64,000 nucleotides of DNA, from NCBI GenBank assembly GCA_004022145.1, contig RCNU01000002.1. One strand, written 5' to 3'. Source of the DNA: Paecilomyces variotii (lineage: Eukaryota). Shown one piece after another: positions 12,865 through 25,698 of this stretch. Each line of letters opens with the position of its first letter. The stretch's first letter is position 1. A model generated the notes under the pieces. It was not told the DNA's origin. It worked only from the letters and a program-made list of their open reading frames with translations, and did not search any database. Made by a program: the position numbers and the translations under genes.

Positions 12865-15800
12865 ATGGGCTCCTCTACTCCTGCCCTGTCTACCCTCGTG
12901 GGGCCGACATATGCCACTGCGCAGACTCTCATCCAGCAGGTTGCGTACGCTCTGTCGGACAAGCTCTTTTCCTACTCTCCGGAATCTTTCGATCTTGATG
13001 CTGCTATCCGGGAGTGGTCTGCACGCAAGGAGAAGAACAGCAATGGCGAATCTCCCGCTGTCCAGACAATGGAAACCCGCCAGGGTGCCGGTAGCATTGC
13101 TCTGGGATATCTATTCTCCCCGGACTTCGACTTGAAGAAGCGTCACGTTCCCCAGGGAATTGTGGCCTCGTCGGCTACTCTGCCTTACCTCCGCTCCGCG
13201 TTGGAACAGCTTTCTCTTCTCTACTCCGTGGCTAGCCCTGTTGCGGCCCACGTCGCTGCTGTGGACTACGCCGGCGAGGACGGTCTCGTGTCGGACTATG
13301 TCACTGCTCTTGCCCTTGCGGAGGAACTTGGCCTGGGTCTTGTGTCTAGTGCTTCTGCCCATGAGGCCCAGCACATGGCCCTCTTCACCACTCTGCTGGC
13401 CTCCGTGCTGCCCTCGATCCACATCTACGACGGTGTTCGCGTAGGTCGTGAGACCACCCGGGTCATTGACGTCCTGAACCAGACTAGCCTAACCCGCACC
13501 CATGAGACCGTCCTGAAGCAGCAGGCTGATGCGCGCAACAAGCACCTGGACAACCAGGGCAAGGCGCTCAGTATCCTGCAGTCTCTGAACGCTGAATTGG
13601 GCACCGACTATGGTCTCTTTGAGTACCATGGCCACCCAGAGGCCACGTCGGTCTTGGTTGCGTTTGGTACTGTCGAAGCCTCGCTGACTGCTCAGATTGC
13701 TGAACATCTCTCCAAGAATGGTGCACGCGTCGGTGTGGTCAATGTGCGTGTGTACCGTCCATTTGTCGAGGAGGAGTTCTTGCGAGTCTTGCCGCAGTCT
13801 GTTAAGACCATCGGTGTCCTTGGCCAAGTGCGTGATGACCAGTCTGTCCAGGAGGAGGGTGTCCACTCTGCCCTGTACGAGGATGTTCTGGCCACTGTGG
13901 CATTTGCTGCTGATCGTCCTCATGCGCCCACCGTGGTTGAGATCAAGTATTCTCGCTCCCAGCGTTGGACTCTGGTCAACGCCGCGGCTGCCTTCCAGCG
14001 CGTGGCCGACAAGCCCATCTTGCAGGACACGCAGGAGCAGGCCCTGCAACTCCTGGACCCTGCCCATGTGCAGGAGTACATCTTCTGGGATCTGGATGAT
14101 TCCGTCTCTGGACACGCTGCTGTCAAGTTTGGTGAAGCTCTGGCTACCGACTCCGCCAGCAACGTCACAACTAGCACGGTGTACGATAACTTGGTGCAGG
14201 GTGGTGTTGTTCGCGTCGATATTCGCAAGAGCTCCAAGGCATTGGATACTCCCTACGCCGTGAACACTGCTGATGTCGCCTACGTGGGTGACGTCAAGAT
14301 CTTGGCCGATGTCAACGTTTTGGCTTCCATCAAGGACAATGGCAAGATCATCGTTCGTGCTCCTGGTGTCAAGGACGATGAGCTCGAGAAGAAGCTTCCT
14401 GCTGCATTCAGACAGGAGCTTGCTCAGCGCGGCATCTCCCTTTACATTGTCGACTCCTCGGCCACCGAAGACGCCTCGTTGGAGCCATTGATCTTGCAGA
14501 CGGCCTTCCTGCGTGTTGCTGAGCCTTCTGCCGAGGCTTCTGGAATCCAGAAGCTGTCCAAGGTTGTCGGTGACGCCGCTACGGTCGAGAAGGTCTCTAA
14601 CGACCTGCACAAGATGTTGCGCCAGATCGAGGTGCCTGAGTCGTGGACTAATGTCGAGGATGCCGCAACAGCTCCTAGCTTACCCACTGATGTCACTGCT
14701 AACAGCTTCGTGCCATTTGACAAGAACGAAGTGGAGCCTCCATCGCTGCTGAAGGACTGGAAGACCGCCGCCAAGGGTCTCGCCTTCAAGGAGGCCTATG
14801 GAACAAAGGCTGCCCTCCGACCGGATCTTGCGGCCAAGACATTCACGGTGCATGTCAAGGAGAACCGTCGCTTGACTCCTGTCACCTATGACCGTAACAT
14901 CTTCCACATTGAGTTCGATCTCGGCGATTCAGGTCTCACATACGATATCGGAGAGGCTCTGGGTGTCCATGCTGAAAACGACTCAGAATCCGTCATGGAA
15001 TTCATCAAGTTCTATGGCCTCAACCCAGAGGAAATTGTGGAGGTGCCAAACCGCGAGGATGAGTCAGTTCTGGAGAACCGTACTGTATACCAGGCACTCA
15101 TGCAGAACGTCGACATTTTCGGCCGTCCTCCCAAGCGCTTCTATGAAGCTCTTGCTGAATTCGCCACTGATGAGAAGGAGAAGAAGGAGCTGCTCACTCT
15201 GGGTGGTCCTGAGGGCGCCGAGGAGTTCAAGCGCCGTGCTGAGGTTGACACCGTCACCTACGCTGACATCCTGCTTGAATTCCCCTCTGCTCACCCTGCC
15301 TTCCACGACATTGTGCGCATTGTCAGCCCGATGAAGCGCCGTGAGTACTCCATTGCTTCTTGCCAGAAGGTCACCCCGACCTCGGTTGCCCTGATGATTG
15401 TTGTGGTCAACTGGGTTGATCCCAATGGCCGCGACCGCTTCGGACAAGCTACCCGCTATCTCAAGGACCTCAAGCCTGGCACTCCAGTCACTGTCAGCGT
15501 CAAGTCCAGTGTGATGAAGTTGCCTCCCAAGTCTACCCAGCCTCTTATCATGGCTGGTCTCGGAACCGGTCTTGCGCCGTTCCGCGCCTTCGTGCAGCAC
15601 CGTGCCATGGAGAAGGCCCAGGGCAAGGAAGTTGGTGCTGTCCTGTTGTACATGGGCTCTCGTCACCAGCGCGAAGAATACTGTTACGGAGAGGAGTGGG
15701 AAGCCTACCAGGCCGCCGGCGTCATCACCGTCCTGGGTCGTGCGTTCTCCCGTGACCAGCCCGAGAAGATCTACATCCAGGACCGCATGCGCCAGACCCT

Positions 15801-15999
15801 GCCTGAGATTATCCAGGCGTACATCCGCGATGATGGTGCTTTCTACCTCTGTGGTCCCACCTGGCCTGTTCCCGATGTCACGGCCGTGCTGGAGGAAGCT
15901 ATCACCACCGAAGCCCAGGCGAACGGAAAGAGGGTTGAGGCTCGCAAGGAGATCGAGAAGCTCAAGGACCAGGAGAGATATGTCCTGGAGGTCTACTGA
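12865..15999 (+). CDS. met10: Sulfite reductase (NADPH) flavoprotein alpha subunit
   Basis: 1044 aa intronless ORF; N-terminal PFOR-like region, RREYSIAS, GLGTGLAPFRAF, AFSRDQPEKIYIQDR, FYLCGP, C-terminal RYVLEVY. Confidence 0.95.
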   Translation: MGSSTPALSTLVGPTYATAQTLIQQVAYALSDKLFSYSPESFDLDAAIREWSARKEKNSNGESPAVQTMETRQGAGSIALGYLFSPDFDLKKRHVPQGIVASSATLPYLRSALEQLSLLYSVASPVAAHVAAVDYAGEDGLVSDYVTALALAEELGLGLVSSASAHEAQHMALFTTLLASVLPSIHIYDGVRVGRETTRVIDVLNQTSLTRTHETVLKQQADARNKHLDNQGKALSILQSLNAELGTDYGLFEYHGHPEATSVLVAFGTVEASLTAQIAEHLSKNGARVGVVNVRVYRPFVEEEFLRVLPQSVKTIGVLGQVRDDQSVQEEGVHSALYEDVLATVAFAADRPHAPTVVEIKYSRSQRWTLVNAAAAFQRVADKPILQDTQEQALQLLDPAHVQEYIFWDLDDSVSGHAAVKFGEALATDSASNVTTSTVYDNLVQGGVVRVDIRKSSKALDTPYAVNTADVAYVGDVKILADVNVLASIKDNGKIIVRAPGVKDDELEKKLPAAFRQELAQRGISLYIVDSSATEDASLEPLILQTAFLRVAEPSAEASGIQKLSKVVGDAATVEKVSNDLHKMLRQIEVPESWTNVEDAATAPSLPTDVTANSFVPFDKNEVEPPSLLKDWKTAAKGLAFKEAYGTKAALRPDLAAKTFTVHVKENRRLTPVTYDRNIFHIEFDLGDSGLTYDIGEALGVHAENDSESVMEFIKFYGLNPEEIVEVPNREDESVLENRTVYQALMQNVDIFGRPPKRFYEALAEFATDEKEKKELLTLGGPEGAEEFKRRAEVDTVTYADILLEFPSAHPAFHDIVRIVSPMKRREYSIASCQKVTPTSVALMIVVVNWVDPNGRDRFGQATRYLKDLKPGTPVTVSVKSSVMKLPPKSTQPLIMAGLGTGLAPFRAFVQHRAMEKAQGKEVGAVLLYMGSRHQREEYCYGEEWEAYQAAGVITVLGRAFSRDQPEKIYIQDRMRQTLPEIIQAYIRDDGAFYLCGPTWPVPDVTAVLEEAITTEAQANGKRVEARKEIEKLKDQERYVLEVY

Positions 16000-16442
16000 T
16001 CACATTGATTCGCATCTGCAGTCATTTCGCGTTAGAAACCATGATATCCAGACACTTTAGCGAATGATAGATAGATACCTGCTTTAAGTAATGATTTTCA
16101 GGATCAATGTGAAAAGTTTCTCTTGCCGTACAATCTAAGATGCAACCTAAATTTCCTGTTGGAACTGCTGTCGCATGCAAATCGTAGCATTGTAGGCTCA
16201 TAATGTTGAATATGACTTTTGTGTAGCCCCAGTAGGCCCCCTATCTCTATGCAACTCCAGGGTATCTTGATATAATATGCAGCTGGCTTTTTTTGTACCT
16301 CCCACCAACTATCGGTTGTTAACCACCGCCATACTATGCATAGTATATGAAATATTGTGAATAAGAAAGCGTCCCAGAATATTTGACGATTTTGATATGA
16401 AGAAAGTACTTTCTCGACAAACGCGCAACTTTTACCGTGGTG

Positions 16443-17708
16443 TTATGCCCTTCCGATACTACCCAGTTTAGTTTTCCCATATGCGCCTCCCTTCTCCTTC
16501 CGCAATTCGAGCGCCTGGCGATAAGGTGGTGCTGTAGGTGGTTGCACTGGATCCAGGCTGACATAGCCTTCGGGTAAGGCGTACGAAGCGTCTGAGTCCC
16601 AGGCCGATAGGTCACCGCAGGCGATGAAGGGAGCGATCCAGCGGCTTTCCAATGGATGGATTCCCCGCGGCTGCGATGAGGGGTCCAGAACTCGCGTCTG
16701 TGTCAAGTGGTTGGGGGCAGTGGAGACTGGTTCTGATACTGCAACAGGAGTGCGATCTTCCCGCTCTTCATCCTCTCCATCGGGCATTTCGATCTCGACC
16801 GTATGGTCAGGGCCAGTGGGTACGGCCGCAGCACCTCCAAACAATGGATCTTGTAAGGCACCTAGTCCTATTTGCCGTTCGCCATCCCCTTCTCTGGTGG
16901 GAGGGATGAACCCCTCGCACACAACGAAGGCCTCTAGACTGCTAGCACGACTGCTTCGGGGCTTCGCCACGGAGACTTTCTGGAAAACGGTCCGGAGCTG
17001 TGCGTATATGATGTCCACGTCTCTTCCGCGGAATATTTTTGCAACGAATTTCCCACCTGGCCTTAGAACACCGATCGCCAGATTGAGCGCCGCGTAGAGA
17101 AGTTGAGACTGGATATAGATATCCAGGTCGTGGAGTCCAGTCACATCGGGGGCACCGTCGGACAGAACAAGGTCCACCGGGTGTGGTTGTTTAGAGACGG
17201 ACTGGGAAGATGAAGTGTATGCCTCTGGGTCCAAGGCGCGTAGAAGCAGAGGAATTGTCGATGGATGCGTAATGTCGGCCTTCAGAGTCGTGATACCTTC
17301 CAGTGGGGCCATGGGCTGGAGATCAATAGAGACGATCTTGACATTTTTCCGAGGCTTCAAGCCTGTATCCTCTTCTTCGCCGTCTTCCATATCTACTGCA
17401 GCATCATCCAATCGATCTTTGTACTTCTCCAGTCTCTCCAACGCTCTCTTTTCTTTCCGTCTCTTCTCTAGCCATGCTCTCCGTCCAAAGCTCTCGCCTT
17501 TGATCAAAACTCGACTGAGCACTTGACTCCAACTACCCGGAGCGGCGCACAGATCAACGACCCGCGTGACGCTATCGGGGTCTGCATGAGCGAATAGGTC
17601 GAATTGTTCATCGATCTGGATGAGCTTGAAGGCGGAACGAGCGCGCCAATTCTGCTCTTTCGCCAGACGGTAGTAGGCATCACGTTTGTCTTTGGACGAC
17701 TTCCCCAT
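16443..17708 (-). CDS. trm7: tRNA C32/G34 2'-O-methyltransferase (FtsJ family)
   Basis: MGKSSKDKRDAYYRLAKE, RARSAFKL, VDLCAAPGSWSQV, DGAPDVTGLHDLD, KPRSSRASSLEAF, PVQPPTAPPY. Confidence 0.95.
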   Translation of the reverse strand: MGKSSKDKRDAYYRLAKEQNWRARSAFKLIQIDEQFDLFAHADPDSVTRVVDLCAAPGSWSQVLSRVLIKGESFGRRAWLEKRRKEKRALERLEKYKDRLDDAAVDMEDGEEEDTGLKPRKNVKIVSIDLQPMAPLEGITTLKADITHPSTIPLLLRALDPEAYTSSSQSVSKQPHPVDLVLSDGAPDVTGLHDLDIYIQSQLLYAALNLAIGVLRPGGKFVAKIFRGRDVDIIYAQLRTVFQKVSVAKPRSSRASSLEAFVVCEGFIPPTREGDGERQIGLGALQDPLFGGAAAVPTGPDHTVEIEMPDGEDEEREDRTPVAVSEPVSTAPNHLTQTRVLDPSSQPRGIHPLESRWIAPFIACGDLSAWDSDASYALPEGYVSLDPVQPPTAPPYRQALELRKEKGGAYGKTKLGSIGRA

Positions 17709-17972
17709 AGCGGAAGATTTGAGACTGAGTTAGTATCTGTTTTCAATTTTATCTCCCAGTTCGGTATCCAATGTAAAAAAAAATCTTGAAAAAGCATTTG
17801 CGCGCTCCGAGGAGTCGTCGGTGATCTTTTTCGCGGACGTGGGGGAGTGCGATAAGATCAGGCCGAAAATGGCGGGCGGAGTTTTTCTGCCGCGTAAAAA
17901 AATAACTGAGCAGCGCAACAAAGAGACGAACATTACATTCTCCTCACTTAAGCGCCGCATCGTTCATTCATC

Positions 17973-20400
17973 ATGGCTAAGAAGCGAGATCGCGACTCAA
18001 AGGGCCAAGGGGCCCCTCTTAAAAAGAAACAGAGAGTCGACAATGTGTCCAACGACGCCGTCGTTGCGTTGGACGATCTTGATTGGAAAGCGGTTGCTCT
18101 CCCAGACCGACTGGACGATGCAGAAGGTTTCTTTGGGTTAGAGGAGATTGATGGGGTTGATATTGTGCGACCTGAAGGAAAGGGAGAGATTAAATTCAAG
18201 GTGCGAATTCCATGTGGTTTGCTGTACGAGGAATTGGGATCAATACTAACTTGACCAAATAGGCTGCCGGAAACAAGCCTACGAAGTCCATTCTGAAGAA
18301 AAATATTACCCCCAAGGAAGACGATACGAACTACGATGACGAATGGTCTGGATTCAGCGATGGTGAAACAAAGGAGAAGCCTGCTCAGGATATGGACGAG
18401 GCCCACGAGGATAAGGCCGGGGCAGACGACTCGAAGGAGAGCAAACAGTCAAAGAAGAACAAGAAGGAAAAGCAGGAAAAGAAAGAAAAGAACCAGAAAA
18501 AAGGCAAAGAAAACGACACGAAGCGGAATGATCGTGGCCTCCAGCCCAGTTTATCCTTCGCTGCTCTCGAGGACATGGAAGAGGACGGCGTGGATGTCTC
18601 TGCCTGGGATCCGCTTGGATTGTCACCCGAACTGCAAACAAGTCTGTCGAAGCTCAAGTTCGCGACACCGACAGCTGTACAAAAGTCTTGTATACCACAT
18701 ATCCTGGACGGTCATGATGTTGTGGGCAAGGCCTCTACGGGTTCAGGAAAAACATTGGCTTTTGGTATCCCCATCCTTGAACATTATCTGAGCCAAAGAA
18801 GAAGCAATCCCACGGACCAAAAAGACGAAAAGAAGACATACCCTATCGCCCTCATACTTTCTCCCACACGAGAACTGGCTCATCAGCTAGCTAAGCACAT
18901 TGGAGACCTGAACACACACGCACCCGACACTAATGCTCGTATCGCGCTTCTAACGGGAGGATTGTCGATCCAGAAACAGCAAAGATTGTTGGCGAATGCA
19001 GATATCGTTATTGGTACTCCCGGACGAGTATGGGAGATTATGAGTACTGGACAGGGTCTCATCCACAAGATGCAGAAGATCAAGTTCTTAGTCATTGACG
19101 AGGCAGACAGACTTCTCAGTGAGGGCCATTTCAAGGAGATTGAGGAGATCATAAATTCGCTCGACCGGAAGGAAGAGAATGGGTTCCCTGAAGAGGAGGC
19201 AAGTTCTGATGATGAGGAAGAGGAGGAGGAGGATCAGCGCCAGACTTTGGTCTTTTCGGCAACATTTCACCCCGGGTTGCAGCAAAAGCTAGCAGGCAAA
19301 GGACGCTTCTTCAGTGGTGACCTGCTGGACCAGAAGGAGTCCATGGAATATCTGTTGAAGAAGTTGAACTTTAGAGAAGAACGACCGAAATTCATCGACG
19401 TTAACCCTATCCAGCAGATGGCAGAAGGCTTAAAAGAAGGGATCGTGGAGTGTCCAGCAATGGAAAAGGTTAGTGCTCTTCTGACACAAACACCCTAAGT
19501 TCAATATAGTCTCATTGATTCTAATAATGACTACAGGACCTGTATCTATATACTCTCCTCCTCTACCATCCAAAGCATCGCACATTGATCTTCACCAACT
19601 CTATCTCCGCTGTACGCCGACTCACCCAATTCCTCCAAAATCTAAACCTACCTGCTCTCGCTCTGCACTCTTCAATGGCTCAAAAAGCCCGTCTCCGCTC
19701 CGTTGAGAGATTCTCGTCACCATCGTCAGACCCTAGCTCCATCCTCGTCGCCACAGACGTTGCCGCCCGCGGTCTCGACATTAAAGGCATTGACTTTGTT
19801 ATCCACTATCACGTTCCTCGCACAGCTGACACATACGTCCACCGATCCGGCCGTACTGCTCGTGCCGGCGCACAAGGAAAGAGTGTCATCCTCTGTGCCC
19901 CTGAAGAAGTCGTCGGCGTGGCCCGTCTAGCCGCGAAGGTTCACACAGACGCCAAGGCATCCAACACCAAGCGCCTCCCTCTGGAATCCGTTGAGCTCGA
20001 CCGCCGTATCGTGGCTCGCGTCCGTCCTCGCGTAAATCTCTCGAAACGAATCACCGATTCTACCATTGCCAAAGAAAAAATCAGCTCTGAAGACAACTGG
20101 CTCCGCGCAGCGGCCGAGGATCTCGGCGTGGACTACGACAGCGAAGAATTCGAAGCTACAGGAAAAGGCAAAGGTCGTGGTCGCGGTGGTGGTCGCCACG
20201 AACGCGAGAAAAAGGCCGGTAGCGTCACTAAAGCCGAAATGGCCGGTATGCGCGCTGAGTTGAAGCAATTGCTTTCACAGCGTATCAATATAGGTGTTAG
20301 CGAACGGTATCTCACTGCTGGACGCGTTGATATTGAGGCTCTGCTCCGCGGGGAAGGCAACCAGGCGTTTCTGGGACCGGTGGATAAGTTGGATTTCTAG
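17973..20400 (+). CDS. mak5: DEAD-box RNA helicase Mak5/DDX24, 3 exons
   Basis: GFFGLEEIDGV N-terminal motif, ASTGSGKT, PTRELA, IDEADR, QTLVFSAT, ARGLD, YVHRSGRTARAG; introns at about 18201-18262 and 19469-19536. Confidence 0.93.
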
Positions 20401-21321
20401 TCTTAAAAGAGCGGGACAGACTCTTGTTCTAGTCCTTTTTACTGTATGTATATATATAGACAATGACCCGTAACTAGAATCCCGAAAATAGCGCAGGTTA
20501 ATTTAAAAGTCACGAAATAGTGTTGCGCTATTTATGATCTAAAAACATTGGGAACTCCTAGAGCCGCTTTCCTGGGACTGCTTGTGCAGTCTTATGCTAC
20601 ATGCATAACTGGCCCGCATTTGTATACGTACCTAGTATAGAGAACCCCCAGCCTCTTTAAAGTGGAAATGGAGAAATATATTGACGGGATCGAGGATCTC
20701 GTACAATCATAGCACTGCCGCGAATAGCGTGATATCATAATTCGTCTTTGATCATCGTTAAAGACCCCATCAAGACATAGAACGATCTTCTCCGACGACG
20801 CATATGATGCTATCATGCTGCTATCGATGTCTGATATTCTGGCCTCAGCAATGAGCATTCCAACAGAACAGGGTATACGCGAAGAACTGATTGTCACACT
20901 CAATCACACCAGATAACAATGTGTGCAATAGAGCTTTTTCAGTTGTCGCTCATGTATTGGCCACCTTTAGATGAGAATGTTGCCGCTATGAGGGCGGATG
21001 ACCCAACCAAAGCACAGCGCAAAAAGTGGACTCGTCGCTATAGACCCAATATACCCCAGAAAAAATAAACAAATTGATAGTAAGATATGAACGGTATTTA
21101 TAGTCATTTCAAGCCCGTACAAGGACGACTAACTGTTAGTAGAGGTATTAGTAGACCAGAATAGACTAACAGTAAACGCAGATATCTGCCATCAGTAGAT
21201 AAACGCCATATGATGCATTTTTCGTCCGTGATGTGAAAAGAGCTAATGAGAACAATGGTACTTTCCCACGGATATGTATTTCCGGAGAAAAGAGGGCTGC
21301 GTGCTAGGCGGGAGATTGCGA

Positions 21322-24300
21322 TCAGTGACGTTTCATGAACCAGCCGCCTTTTTCCCATAGCCCAGGTTCATAGAGGCAAGAATTTCGCACTTTGTCCTTC
21401 AGCACTCCATCAAGAAGACTATTGATGCGTTTGAAATCAATAGGCTTGAGTATCCATCCATCGAAGCCAGAGTCGATGTATATTTGGCGATCTTTCTCGA
21501 CCAAAGACGCCGATACAGCAAAGATCGGAATCCTCCCATTGTAACGAGCTACGGCAGATAATAAGGTACCGGATGCTTTGCTTTCGAATTCGCGGATCAT
21601 TTTTGTAGAATTCACGCCGTCCACAATGGGCATCTGCAGTTATGTCAGCACAGACGATGATAAAGTGATTTCTTGTCGACCTACCTGAATATCCATCAAC
21701 ACAGCATCGAAGGAACTCGATCTCTCACGATGGGCAATGGCGCACTCTTCCCCGTTGACAGTCAAATGAACAGTATGGCCAGCTTTCTCCAATCTCTTCT
21801 GTATGATCTTGCTATTGATCGGGTCGTCTTCCGCAACAAGTACGCGCAGACCAGACTCCACCCCGGAAGGGTTTAATCTTGGAGATACACTAACATCTTT
21901 TTCGCGAGGAATCTCTAGGCCCTTTGTTGGCTTCGGTGATTTAGAACCATCTATTGACGAGGTTGGTCCCGTCGAAGATGATTGGGACGTATTGTCTTCT
22001 TGGACGCGCAAGGCACTCAATGGAACGCCCGAGTCAGTTACCGATTCCTGGCCCGGTAAACGAGGAGAACCTAGCGGCATCACCGTTCGTGAGGGGACGG
22101 TTGGGCTAGAAATTGGAGATATTCTATTTCCTTGCGTAGCTAGAGGACTGCCAAATGGCACCCTAGTGGTTTGATCGGTGCCTGATATGATTGACGGGCT
22201 ATCCCCGCCATCGGGAGCTCCATTCCTGCGGTTTCTCCGAGCGTGAAGATTCTCATGCGCTGGTTTCTGGGAGAAAGGCCCATCCTGCATGGCGCTGATA
22301 AGTCGGTCAACATCACTCTTTCCGCTCCGAGCGCTATTACCACTGAGACTGCTGGAGTTACTATTTCGCCGCCTCGATCCACTGCGACTCTGGGAATTTC
22401 TGTTAATAAGCAGAAATTCCCCTTCGATTGGCGGCGGTGTCTGCGGTACATCACGTTCCTCAGCTTGAAGCAACGTTTGACGAGTCGCAGGCTTTTCTTC
22501 ATCGGCAGGTAGTGGGAATCTTAATTGGATCTTGAAACGACTGCCCTTCCCTTCTTCGGACTTGACGCTTAGCTGGCCCTGCATGTTGCGAACGATGCGA
22601 GCAACTAGTGCCAATCCCAGACCAAGAACAGGTTTCTGTTCCTCGTCTGAGCTCTCGCCTGACTCTCGGATGTTGTAATGTTCATAGTAGATCGGATCGT
22701 GCTCACTGGAGACCTGCTCTAACTCTCGAAAGAGATTTTCCAACATATCCTGGGACATCCCAGAACCTGTGTCACTGACTGCCAATTCGACATCCATATG
22801 GTCCGGCTCTTGCTGGCTGGGCGAAGGCCAACTCTCAACAGTAATGGCCCCTGATGACGTATGCTGCATGGCATTCGAAATAATGTTGGTTATCACCTGC
22901 CGGACACGCCGCTGATCGCCCAGGACAGATTTCGGGGCTCCGGGATACTCAATAACATTGTAGGCAATGTTCTTTCTCTTAGCTTCTCCTTCAAACATCT
23001 CGGCAGCTTCTTTTAGCGTGGTGTGGAGGTCGAAAACCTCGTCTTTGATCAGATTCTGTCCATTTTCGGTATTTGTCAAGTCTAACAGGTCATTGATCAC
23101 GTAAATAAGTGATTTGGATGCCGAGTGCGATTTCGCTAGGTTCTCCCGGATTTCGCCGTCTAAAGAGCCTTCCAAGGCGATTTCCAGGTAGTTGACGATT
23201 GCATTAAGCGGTGTTCTCACCTCGTGAGCTGAATTGGCCAGGAGTAATTTGGTTAGTTGTGTGCTTTGCATCACAGCTTCTTTCTGTCGCCAGACTTCGA
23301 TAAACTTCCCATAAACAAGGCAAAGAACAGCCGCAGTCTCAACGTCTGCTTCGCTCCACTCGCGTGAACGTGTCATGATAGTTTCCTTCCACGTTTTGAA
23401 ACTCGCGCGAGGCTCGAGATACGCGGCTGTTCCTTCTTTGTACCTTTTTTCGTAAGGATTCCCGGCCCACTTGACTTCTGTTAACTGTCCGCGCCTGAAG
23501 AAGACGATAAAGTCACTGCCCCCAGAAGACAGTGGGACATAGAGTAGGCCAGATATACTTTTCAAGCCTGGTGGATAGTTTAGATCCTCGAAGTCTTTGG
23601 TGATATCGTGAGAAGCTAAAACTGAACTGATTCGGCGCATCCGCAAATATTCCAGCAAGACCAAGACTTCTTGGGCCTGAGCAACCCGACCTAAAATTTT
23701 CGTCTCATCACGAATGGAAAGAGCACCGTAATCTGCATCGAAAAGTTTCAGAAGATCATCCGATGAGGCGACGATGTACCCGGAAGGGTTTGTTTCAGTG
23801 GGAACTGTATTGATAAGTTTTCGCGCTTGAAGACGAGAGGCATATGATAACCGTTCGATATTTCTCGACGTCGTATCACCGATCAGCCGACACATCTTTC
23901 TGAGTGGAAAAGACACCCTCATGCCTGATGTGCCATAGGAATGACATGAGATGAGGCCCCATAGTTCGTCGAATGCATTTATACTGATGGACATTGACGA
24001 TCGAGTACCCATATTGGCCAGGTACTTCACATGTATGGGAGACATTGCGCGTAGATAAGTGTATGTCATATCAATAGGCTCCTCCAAGTCCTTCACAGAT
24101 CGACAAACTAGTCGAGCAGTCTCCTGATCGCGATCATACAGTAGACGGACCTTGTTAATTCTGTAAAGATCGCGCGCCTGTTTGGGGATATCCGATGCAG
24201 GGAAACGCAGTCCCTTGTATAGATCTTTAGAAGCTCTCGGGTCGACTATCTCTGAGACAACCAACCCATTCCAGCTGCTGTCGAACTGGTAGACCATGAC

Positions 24301-25698
24301 TCGATGGAATCCCGTCAGCTCCTTCACGATGCCCACAAGGACGTTAAGGAGAGCATCCAGTGTCGGAGCATTAGCAAGCTGTTCCTGGACTTGAGATAAC
24401 ATATTGAAAACTTTCATCGCTGCTGCCTCTCCCCTTTTGCTCCTTGCACTGCGCAGCATTCGCAAGGGAAGATTGGCGCTGACGGTACTTTGAGCTAGTT
24501 CATCAGCAGTTGGAGTAGTCCCTAGCGTATCGAGTGGCTTATTCGGCGTTGTCTCTCCATCCACATTTAGTGGATTGATCTGGTCATCTTCCAGCTCGAA
24601 CTCACATATTATATAATCTTTGTTGACATCGTTCATGTGGATGGCGCACCAGAATTTTCTCTCCTCTCCGTCCGGTTGCTTGATAGACAGTATGAAAACT
24701 TCTGGGCCCTGTATCTTTGGATCACATCCCTCGTCTCTAACGAAATCCACATGATCCAAAAGATTATCCTCCTGCTCCTCTGACAAGATGTCGCCAAAGC
24801 TTTCCAGTGCAAATAGTTCTTTTGGAGAATATCCCAATATATGTTTCGAATTCTCGCTCACGACCCTAACTACCAGCTTGCCTTCCGTCTCTTCATGCAA
24901 CGCAATCAAGACGCCAAAGCTCTGAACCGCGCCTGGAATGTGGATCGGTTCGTCTTCGCAACGTTGAAGTTCGTCCCCATCTCTTCCCGTTATTATTGCA
25001 TGTCCATCTTCGGTCATGACGTGTTTGAAGCGCGTTGTGAAGAGATAAGGCGTTTCTTCCTCAGTGCCAGTGCTGCGAGGTATATCCTGGCCATCCAGGC
25101 GCACGCCACCGTCGGTACTAGAGGCCATCGAAATGCCGTCAGTAGAAATGCGCCCGGAGCCAACATCTTCCCCAACTGGTTGCAGTGTCGCCTTGTGCGG
25201 TGAGAGAAAGTCGGTTTTCGAGTCTGTTTCACCTGGAAGCAAAAGCTCGTCGTGATGGCGGGGATCTTTTTCAGCATCTGCTGGACGACTTTGGATAGGT
25301 AGTATAGACGTATTTGATATACTGCCAACAATAGATGACCTTCGCGTAACATTCACGGAAGATGAAGGTTCATCTGTCACATCCTCAGAAGGAGGTGATT
25401 GCAACCAAGACGGTCTAGGATTCACTGAAATCACTGACCTGATAGGGAAGACCCGGTCAGCCGTATCTGGGCTCAGCGAGGGTAACTGCGGGGAATGTGC
25501 ATTCGACGAAGGTGATGGTGCTTCCGATTGCGTCCCCGTCATTGTAGGGACCTGGACGATCACTGAACCCGATGATCTATTCTGGCCAAGAGAGTCTTCT
25601 CGGCCTCTTTGTCGCGCATTGGCCTCAGTGGTACTGGTACAGTCTATCGTGTCCCTAGACTGAGAGGCTTGATCGCCGCAAGGGTCGTTGGATGCCAT
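21322..25698 (-). CDS. fphA: Fungal phytochrome (PAS-GAF-PHY, histidine kinase, receiver), 2 exons
   Basis: Bilin-binding RCEDEPIHIPG, FPASDIPKQAR, RAMSPIH, LEPRASF, HEVRTPLN, G-boxes, receiver VAEDD...LMDIQ|MP...KP; intron 21634-21684. Confidence 0.95.

Noticed and set aside
13489-14610. Long antisense ORFs (also 15064-15666, 40034-40867, 55022-55930)
   Set aside because: Codon-bias shadows of met10, the flavoprotein gene and pol3.
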